From Nemertoderma westbladi (lineage: Eukaryota; Animalia; Xenacoelomorpha): DNA of 64,000 nucleotides. Location of the stretch: positions 546-64,545 of the forward strand of contig JAUCBJ010001936.1 of NCBI GenBank assembly GCA_032718475.1, written 5' to 3'. The notes beneath the pieces were generated by a model that was given only the letters and a program-made list of their open reading frames with translations, did not search any database and was not told the DNA's origin. Every line of letters begins with the position of its first letter. The first letter of the stretch is position 1. The translations under genes and the position numbers were made by a program. Below, piece after piece: positions 26,301-36,500 of the stretch.

Positions 26301-27380
26301 AACTAACTACTTAACTAACCACGTGATCAATCAGTGTGTAACAAACTACTTAACTAACCACGTGATCAATCAGTGTGTAACTAACTGCTTAACTAACCAC
26401 GTGATCAATCAGTGTGTAACTAACTGCTTAACTAACCACGTGATCAATCAGTGTGTAACAAACTACTTAACTAACCACGTGATCAATCAGTGTGTAACTA
26501 ACTGCTTAACTAACCACGTGATCAATCAGTGTGTAACTAACTGCTTAACTAACCACGTGATCAATCAGTGTGTAACTAACTACTTAACTAACCACGTGAT
26601 CAATCAGTGTGTAACTAACTGCTTAACTAACCACGTGATCAATCAGTGTGTAACAAACTACTTAACTAACCACGTGATCAATCAGTGTGTAACTAACTGC
26701 TTAACTAACCACGTGATCAATCAGTGTGTAACTAACTGCTTAACTAACCACGTGATCAATCAGTGTGTAACTAACTACTTAACTAACCACGTGATCAATC
26801 AGTGTGTAACTAACTGCTTAACTAACCACGTGATCAATCAGAGTGTAACTAACTGCTTAACTAACCACGTAATCAATCAGTGTGTAACTAACTACTTAAC
26901 TAACCACGTGATCAATCAGTGTGTAACTAACTGCTTAACTAACCACGTGATCAATCAGTGTGTAACTAACTACTTAACTAACCACGTGATCAATCAGTGT
27001 GTAAGTAACTGCTTAACTAACCACGTGATCAATCAGTGTGTAACTAACTGCTTAACTAACCACGTGATCAATCAGTGTGTAACTAACTGCTTAACTAACC
27101 ACGTGATCAATCAGTGTGTAACTAACTGCTTAACTAACCACGTGATCAATCAGTGTGTAACTAACTGCTTAACTAACCACGTGATCAATCAGTGTGTAAC
27201 TAACTGCTTAACTAACCACGTGATCAATCAGTGTGTAACTAACTACTTAACTAACCACGTGATCAATCAGTGTGTAACTAACTACTTAACTAACCACGTG
27301 ATCAATCAGTGTGTAACTAACTGCTTAACTAACCACGTGATCAATCAGTGTGTAAGTAACTGCTTAACTAACCACGTGAT
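14392..27380. repeat. 39-bp satellite, about 333 copies, no indels
   Basis: Unit GTGATCAATCAG(T/A)GTGTAAC(T/A)AACT(A/G)CTTAACT(A/G)ACCAC. A single frame stays open for 4330 codons, which shows there are no frameshifting indels. Confidence 0.98.
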
Positions 27381-27412
27381 AAAGGAACGTAACAACATAT
27401 TGAATGGGTGTT

Positions 27413-27418
27413 TTTATT
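27413..27418 (-). promoter_or_regulatory. Putative polyadenylation signal of SLC25A1
   Basis: AATAAA on the minus strand about 23 nt after the TAA stop. The satellite begins about 30 nt further on. Confidence 0.55.
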
Positions 27419-27440
27419 AGCTAAGAAACTGAAACTATTA

Positions 27441-27570
27441 TTATTTGCCTTTCTCGGAAGATCCAGGCCAGGCAAAGTTTAAACCAATCATAGTGTAGTC
27501 CTTGATTGTCATCACCAGGGCGACGTCCAATACAACGCGAGCCATACGTGGCCACGTTCCTTTATAAAAC
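27441..27570 (-). CDS. SLC25A1: SLC25A1 coding exon 6 (last)
   Basis: TTTTTTATAG|G acceptor. Encodes [42 protein letters not shown]. Confidence 0.92.
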
Positions 27571-30500
27571 CTATAAAAAAATTCAAAAATAAATAAAATA
27601 TGATTGTTAGCGGAGAAGAATGGAAAGTTTTGAATTAATAGTAGTTAGTATAATCAAAGTAGCAAGTAACCTTCCAAATTACAACTGTTTTATCAGATCG
27701 ATCATAAAACTACCAGGGGACAAAGTAATCGAATAAGTTGAGGAAGTTGTCGCGATATTGAGTTCGAACTCGAAGGATTTGACTTTGGTGAACATTGGTA
27801 ATACTTAATTTTTAATGTATCATTATCGAGATTTGAATTTAAATTAAATTGAATATCTGATAAACAGTTCCAGAAAAACGGAAATGTTTTGATTATATCG
27901 AAATTCTATATCAGTAAACCATCCACTAATCAATTGCAAAATAATTTTAATATAAACTTTATCTTACTAATATTTCAGAAGTGTAAAATAAAGTGAGTGT
28001 TACTGAAAACCCGCCACATATACTATTTATTAACTTTAAGGAATTTAATCCATATCCTGAAAAACGGGATCCAGAGAGTGATAATCTTTTTTTTTTTTTT
28101 ACTCAAAAGCCTCCATATATTATAATATTAACAAACAATAATTCGAATATAAAAACGCGCCAAAACGAGAGAAAGCCGCCCCACTATTAGATTATTACAA
28201 CAACATATCCATTGGGTAAGAAAGTGGAGGAGAGCCAGCCCGTCTCTTAATTTTTTACTTTATATTACGCGATCAATTTTCCCTCATCTCGTCATGAACC
28301 CAACATGTATGTAACCTTTTGTTAAATTTGTTGGCTATGCGTTTGCGGTTGTTTGGGCGGAGTGTGGTAGGCCTACACTTTTCACACTTAAATATTTTGG
28401 TTGTGAAATGTTACAGGGCACAGCGATCAGAGATATTTCATTTATATTTTATTATGAGAGGAAGAAGAACATACAACGTTATTTACTATATATGTAACAA
28501 AATAATTGTCTTCGGGTTTAACTTGGAAGCCTCCCCAAATAGTTGATATACAATTATATTTAAAATTATTTCCATGGTCATGGTCATTCACCCGTCTTTA
28601 GTTAGAAATTTGTTTGCATGAAAGACAGTTTAGTTTAGTTTTTACTGATTTATTATCTCTTATCTGACTGGGGTAATAATAAAGGATAGGATAAATGGAA
28701 GCAAAGTGTGACAGTAACAAATATTTCCCCGTCACCCTAGCATGTCTTAAGTATATGATAAGTCAAAAAGGGGGAAGTTTGGATTCACTGCATAAATGCA
28801 GTTCACCAAACTTCCCCCGAATGCACACTGTAACTTCCCCCTTCCCCCAAATATCCACTGTTGAATTAATTTGAAGCGATATAATAAGTACAAAATTGTG
28901 CGAGTTTTTAATTGTGTGGTCCAATTGTTATTTGATTTCTATTTATTATTTAAAGTGCATTTAATATCACACTGGTTTTTAGAATATTATACTATACAAC
29001 CTTATGTTTTATTAATTTACCCAATCGAAGCCTCATAAGGGCCGGTTATTTGTACGCATATCCCCTAATGCGCTCAGTAAGGTTCAAACAACATATTAAT
29101 ATGAAAATAAAGTATCTGCAAAGAAAAGAACCCAATACTATATAATTTGACCTAATTAAAAAATTTGCACTTTTGCACACTTATTTGTATAAGTGCACTT
29201 TAGCAGATCGTAATGGTGGCTCTTATTTAACATGCTTATGTTTATCCTCTACCGATCTACGATGGTGTATGATCAAGTGTCAGTCGCTAAAAGTGTCAAA
29301 AATCCAATTTAATAAATCTGGATTTGCGATTTTGGACCATATTCATGGACATTTTTAAGTCACTTTATAGACATAAAAAGTTAAACAAATGTTACGATTA
29401 TAGTTAGAAATCATTCCAAACTACATTTTAATCCAAAAAATAACATTCTACGATGAATAGAACTGGAAATATCAGTGTTTGAAATATCGAAAAAATGTTC
29501 ACTATTTAAGTGCATTTTGCACTAAGTGCACATGCGTCTTTTCCCAAGTTGTATCCTATTTCACACACTACAATCTATCCTCTATCCAATGAAAAAAGTT
29601 TCAGATTAAACGGCCCTGTAGAACCGAAGTTATTTATGTTTAAAAATAGTCACTCGAAAATTTCAAATTCTCTTGGTCACATAGTCTAGTGGTTATCAAT
29701 CACGTTAATGAAACCTAAGTTCGCGGGTTCGAAATCCAATATTGACCTGACCATTCTTAATTTTTTTGCAAAAAAAATTATTTATATTTATTCACTAAAA
29801 TCGCTCTAACTTCGGTTCTGGTGGTCCAAATTCAATAAAATTGGTATATTCTTTGCCGTAATTTTTTTCTTAATCTTTTGAGAAGGGGTTATTTTTGGCC
29901 CCAAAAAGATTAAAAAAAAGGGCCAAAAAAACGCGATATTTTTCGACCCTTAAAATTCGTAATTTTAATTATATATGTTAAGATAAAAGATAGCGGAGTT
30001 AATTTGATACTTTTTACAGGTACTTTTGGCGCAATACGCTAAATTATAATGGAATAGCGATTTGTTAAAAAAAAAAATTTTCGTCCCTTTTTATAAATAT
30101 TATATTTCACACGATCGCCTGCCGCTCCAGTTTTATAATACCTCCGGCGCTGTGATTAACGCTGTTAGATAGATAATTTAACGCACTATAAGTCTGTGTA
30201 AACAAATCTCCCGTAAGTTAAGTAGTTTTCGAGCTAGACGATTTCCCGCGAAGCAAGTTTGAAGCGCGAAATTATAATTTTGGCCCTCATTTTTTTAATA
30301 TCATCCTTGGAGCAAAACCGATAGCATATTTGAAGTCCCCGTATGGATATTGACTGTATAGAATGTACCTTAACCAACTAAAGTTAAAAATAAAAAATTA
30401 TTCGATAAAAACTACTTTACAAATTCTGGCCCTTTTTGGCCCCTATTGCCGACATATTTTTTGTACCCCCATTCGATAGGAACGTAGCCCCAATGGTCCT

Positions 30501-33500
30501 CTACGAGTTTCATAAAAGAATTAGTGGATTCCTACCCGCGTTGTCGAATTAAACATTTCGGAAATAAGTTTTCCAAAAAAGACGGACAAAAACGTACAAA
30601 TTTACAGCCCCTTTTTCCACCCGAAATTTTAATAAATATCTTACCCCCATCCGATACGAAGGTAGTACCACTCTTCCCCTTTCCAACCGCGTTACTTTCG
30701 TCCCCGTACGATTAATATTAGCCGAGTTATAGCGGATCCCGCAAAGTCATTTTGTCCGTTTTTTCAACTTTGACGGACATTTTCGGAAAAAAGGCGTGGT
30801 AATCTTTTTTGAAAAAAAAAACGAATTCACTAATTAATCCCTTCTATCGTATCCCGGCGTCGGCTAAGCAATAACCTAGGGTTTTTTCGAGCCACTGTAG
30901 AGCGCCTTTCAAAAAATTTTTAAAATTGTCGAAAAAATGACGGATTTTTGTCCGCCGTGTCCGTCGAAGGGTTAGATTTAATAATGTTAGAGTTGCTAAT
31001 ATCTTAGAATTCCGAGCCGCTCCCCTGGTGAGAAAATAAAAAATTTGGTCAGTTCCTTCATCGAAAAGTCCCCCAGAATCCCAAGTTAACCTATATAGTT
31101 GGCGATGGCCTGTGGCTTTAGGAGCGGCCGCGGTATTCACCTCCCTCATAGCGGCCGCGGCGGTGTTGCGTCAAATGGAGAAATATTTATCCCACCAAGT
31201 ACAAATATAACCCACCACCAGCTGATTCAAACTGTTACCTAGCAACAATACAAACAATACAAATTGGTTCAGTACCCATCACCAGTCTGCCACTCTGCCA
31301 CTGCCAGTACCCAACAAACCCGCCAGACCTCTAACATCTAAGCCGTCCCGGGGTCCGAGTCCGCGTTCGCCCACACAATGGACGCGTCCGCCACCGCTGC
31401 CCGCGCCGGTCTTCTAGCGGCCGACCGAAACCCACGGAGGCACATCAGGGACGACCGGAATAAGGCGAAGTTGATGCGTCGCCGCACCCACGCTACCGAC
31501 TCCGGGTAGGGAACCTGTCGTTTCTCCGACAGCCTCAACGCCACCCGCTTGACAAACTGCTTCGCAGCCGGCGCCATGCCCCCGAAAGCGGAAAATATGA
31601 GGGGGGTGAAGGTTGAGTGCTCAACCTCACGGATCCGCTCCTCGTATCTCCGGATCTTCCTCGCCTCGTGATGGAGGTGGGCGGCGTCCAGCGACATCGC
31701 TGCGTTGGTGTCCGCCAGCGGGTTGAACACTGACACGTCGATGAACATCTTCTGGAAGCGGTTGCCACAGAATCCGCTAACCGACACGTCGAGTCTCGCC
31801 TGCTGGTCCGTCGAGGTGGACCGGAGAGTGAAGGACTCCCCCGTCAACGGCTGGAGCATCGGCTCGACAGCCACGTTGTGGGCCACCTCAGTCAGGGAGT
31901 CGGCGACGAAATCGCGGATCTCGTTGTGTCTGATTGAGGGGAACCCCCCAGTGGGACACGACAGAACGTGGGAAGGAGAAAATCGCGACCCAGACACAAC
32001 GAGAGGGAAGATTTCTTGGCGACCAACCGTACCGGAGACAAACTGCGTCACGGAACTCTTCCTTGGACAGGAGTTCTCGTATTGGGGTCGTAGATCCTCT
32101 GGAACCGGGATCCCCAACCCCCCATCCCGAACCGGTAGCGACAGCAACTCGCGTTCCGTCGCCGATACCGCCGGTCGGTCAATGATCCGGCAGAGGCACT
32201 GCTCCACGGCCTCCTCCAACTTCCCAAAAGAATCCGTGGCCCCCGGGACGACGCGCGCCAAGAACCGCCACCGGCAGGAGAGACCGAAGGCAAGGCCGGC
32301 GTACGCGCAGTGCGGGTCGACTGCGGCGATGGTGGCGAGGCGATCCACGTCGGTGGCGAACTCCTCCACCTTCCGCTCGGTGTACTCGCGCTGGAGAGTG
32401 ATAATCCCGGTCCCGATCCCGGAAATCCCGAAAAGTCTGAACCCGTTTAAACTCTAATTTCAATATTCTTAGTGCTGCAGCACTGGTCGGGTTTTTCAAT
32501 TTTCAACTTTTTTCGCTCATCAAGCCGTTATAAACTGTCTATTTACTTAAAAACGATCTCCATTGGATATATTTTTCGGTTTCGGAATATAAACCCAAAT
32601 CTAGATATTATTAGAGAGGTTATCAACCCTAGATATTATCAAATTCCTGCCTTTTAAAAAAATTGCCTTTTACTTCCAATGCAATATAAATTCTAGAATA
32701 TAAACATATAAAGTGATTTATTCCCTAGCTACGGTAAAACCAACAGTAAGCTTCCATTAGCCATGCTTTATTTCCACCAAGTAACATGGTAGTAAGTAAA
32801 TAAACTAACGCAGGCAATCCTTCGTGTTTCGCTATCTTCCAGACGCAATCAACGACGCCGTTGTAATTCTTGGCTTCGAGGCCCTGCATCCTTGTCTTCA
32901 CTACGTCGACCGGGGTGTTGGCCAGCACACTGCAGGCGCCCGCCGTCCCACCGAACAGCAGGGTGTGGAAGGGTGTGAGTTTACTGTCGGGGCCCTTGGT
33001 GGCCCAGTCGCACAGCGTATTGTATACGGCGAATCTCACTGCCTGCGGGGTGGATTAACATATCGTCAGTAGCAGATAGTCGACAAACAGTCGGCCGAGG
33101 ACGGAGGCAACCCGTAGGCTTCTCTTTCGATAGCTGCTACCCGAGGGGGGGGGGGGGGGGGGTGGGCGCTACTCCCATCTACTACCCGAAGGTAGGGGTG
33201 GGCGCTACTCCTATCTGCTACCCGAAGGTAGGGGTGGGCGCAACTTCTATCTGCTATCCGAAGGTAAGTTTGGGTGCTTCTCCTATATGCTAGCCGAAGG
33301 TAGGGGCGGGCGCTACTCCTATCTGCTAGCCGGAGGTAGGGGTGGGCGCTACTCCTATCTGCTACCCGAAGGTAGGGGTGGGCGCTACTCCTATCTGCTA
33401 CCCGAGGGTAGGGGTGGGCGCTACTCCTATCTGCTACACGAAGGTAGGGGTGGGCGCTACTCCTATCTGCTACCCGAGGGTAGGGGTGGGCGCTACTCCT

Positions 33501-36500
33501 ATCTGCTACACGAAGGTAGGGGTGGGTGCTACTCCTATCAGCTAGCCGAAGGTAGGGGTGGGCGCTACTCCTATCTGCTACCCGAAGGTAGGTGTGGGCG
33601 CTACTCCTATCTGCTACACGAAGGAAGGGGTGGGTGCTACTCCTATCTGATACCCGAAGGTAGGGGTAGGCGCTACTCCTATCTGCTACACGAAGGTAGG
33701 GGTGGGCGCTACTCCTATCTGCTACCCGAGGGTAGGGGTGGGCGCTACTCCTATCTGCTACACAAAGGTAGGGGTGGGCGCTACTCCTATCTGCTACCCG
33801 AGGGTAGGGATGGGCGCTACTCCTATCAGCTACACGGAGGTAGGGGTGGGCGCTACTCCTATCTGCTACACGGAGGTAGGGGTGGGCGCTACTCCTATCT
33901 GCTACCCGAGGGTAGGCGTAGGCGCTACTCCTATCTGCTACACAAAGGTAGGGGTGGGCGCTACTCCTATCTACTACCCGAGGGTAGGGGTGGGCGCTAC
34001 TCCTATCTGCTGCACGGAGGTAGGGGTGGGTGCTACTCCTATCTGCTACCCGAAGGTAGGGGTGGGCGCTACTCCTATCTGCTACCCGAGGGTAGGGGTG
34101 GACGCTACTCCTATCTGCTACCCGAGGGTAGGGGTGGGCGATACTCCTATCTGCTACCCGAGGGTAGGGGTGGGTGCTACTCCTATCTGCTACATGGAGG
34201 TAGGGGTGGACGCTACTCCTATCTGCTACCCGAGGGTAGGGGTGGGCGATACTCCTATCTTCTACCCGAGGGTAGGAGTGGGCGCTACTCGTATCTGCTA
34301 CCCGAAGGTAGGGGTGGGCGCTACTCCTATCTGCTACACGAAGGTAGTGGTGGGCGCTACTCCTATCTGCTACCCGAGGTTAGGGGTGGGGGCTACTCCT
34401 ATCCCAAGTTCTGCTACCAGTAATTAAACTGGTCCTCATTTTAACGACCCCATGAGATAAAATGTTGAGTAGACTCTGGCGGGGCTCGAACCTACAACCA
34501 ATAGATTGCAGGCCCGGCGCTCAACCAACTGAGCTACACGCCTTAAAAAAACCCGAAAATAATAAAAATAATGCATATAAGTTGCAAAACATACAATAGT
34601 TTCAAATTTAAATTATAATTCTATATAAACCCTAACAATTATTATCAAAAATTAATATTAATATTATTATTATATTATATTATTATTATATTACTAACAA
34701 ATCAATAATAATAATAAACAAATAAATAAATAATTATAAATGATACACAAATTAAACCGAGTGACTTAGTTAATATCGCAAACCAATCTAGAGAATGTAT
34801 ATCATCATTTACGAGCTAAAGCCGTTAGATTGTGTCCAATGGAAGCAAGTGGAGGGATATTTAATTTAGCAGCGAGAAAAATTGGATCCCAGTAAAATGG
34901 ATCACTTGGGACACAGAGTGCACGCTGCACCGGATCGTTTTAGTTAATTAAAATAATTAAGAATTAATAATAATTAATTAAATAATAATCTTTACAGAGT
35001 AAAATATTAAACAGATACCGGTAGTATTATTAATGATGTTAAACAATGCCGTACACGGATACTGACTCGTATTTAAATACGCTAGGCTACATATTCCGAC
35101 AGTACTGTTCATAGAGCCTTTGTGTCATATTTACAGGAAGCAGGCAGCCAGGCACCTCGTATGCATCTCCCATCCTGTACGTACGGTACATATAGAAGAG
35201 GAGCTCACGGTAACTAAACCAAATAACAAAGCGAACGATTCAAAAATAAATACCATCAAATAATCAAATAAAAAATCATATTAATCTTCAAATATCAAAT
35301 TATCTTTTACTTCAAAACGACGAATGGTATGTGAGTATCAAATGGAGTACTCTGTTAGTATCAACTCGCACAAAACGTTACCTCGGTAGGAAAAGTTAAC
35401 GACCGGAAAAAAAACAATTATAAGATTGGTTTGATTACCGGTATCGAAATTATTATCGCACTGTTCTACTGTACATCTGCCAGGAAAATTAATTGTATAA
35501 ATATAATACCTAATCGTTCACACACCCGGACTCACCTGATTGGATGATTGTTTAACTACTGTTGCTAGGACTCCCCTATAGATACCCTGGAAACCGCTCT
35601 CTCTGACTATTTCTCTGATCCCATGGAAGAGACCCCGGTATTTCTTCATATGAGAAGGCCGATTCAAGTCATCAATAAATTTCGTCTATAAAATCAAAAG
35701 ACAGAAAAAAATTAACAGAATACAAGAATTTTAGTAGTTACTTATGATTGTTTAACTGTTCACTACAGTACCATCGGTGATCTTCCACAGTAACCACAGT
35801 AACCACAGTAAACCCTTCCACTCTGTTTCCTAAAGGAATGCCTGTTCACCACCATGGGTGATCTTCCACAGTAAACCCTTCCACCCTGTTTCCTAAAGGA
35901 ATGCCTGTTCACCACCATGGGTGATCTTCCACAGTAAACCCTTCCTTTCTGTTTCCTAAAGGAATGCCTGTTCACCACCATGGCTGATCTTCCACAGTAA
36001 ACTCTTCCACTCTGTTTCCTAAAGGAATGCCTGTTCACCACCATCGGTGATCTTCCACAGTAAACCCTTCCACTCTGTTTTCTAAAGGAATGCCTGTTCA
36101 CCACCATGGGTGATCTTCCACAGTAAACTCTTCCACTCTGTTTCCTAAAGGAATGCCTGTTCACCACCATCGGTGATCTTCACAGTAAACCCTTCCACTC
36201 TGTTCCTAAAAGGAATGCCTGTTCACCACCATATGGGTGATCTTCCACAGTAAACCCATTCCACTCTGCTTCCTTAAGGAATGCCTGTTCACCACCATGG
36301 GTGATCTTCCACAGTAAACCCTTCCACTCTGTTTCCTAAAGGAATGCCTGTTCACCACCATGGCTCATCTTCCACAGTAAACCCTTCCACTCTGTTTCCT
36401 AAAGGAATGCCTGTTCACCACCATCGGTGATCTTCCACAGTAAACCCTTCCACTCTGTTTTCTAAAGGAATGCCTGTTCACCACCATCGGTGATCTTCAA

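Noticed and set aside
14392-27380. Telomeric or interstitial telomeric repeat
   Set aside because: GGTTAG/GTTAG pieces occur, but there are no TTAGGG or TTAGG runs, and unique sequence flanks both sides.
14428-27420. 4330-aa ORF (VINQCVTNYLTNH)n as a real protein gene
   Set aside because: No ATG, an in-frame stop at 14386, only about 13 unique C-terminal residues, and near-identical nucleotide units. A stop-free 39-bp unit gives this ORF automatically.
27485-27497. 12/13 match CAATCATAGTGTA in exon 6 to the AGT variant of the 39-mer (exon origin of the unit)
   Set aside because: Short, imperfect and only to a minor variant. Not distinguishable from chance by eye.
31705-32457. 250-aa plus-strand ORF
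   Set aside because: Antisense shadow of the GC-rich CRE fragment.
33287-34427. RGG-like repeat ORFs ([12 protein letters not shown])n and ([12 protein letters not shown])n
   Set aside because: Translations of a SINE-derived minisatellite, antisense within an intron. Two frames being open at once points to an artefact.
34470-34542. Functional tRNA-Ala(TGC) gene
   Set aside because: Stems are mismatched and the sequence runs straight into a SINE central domain.
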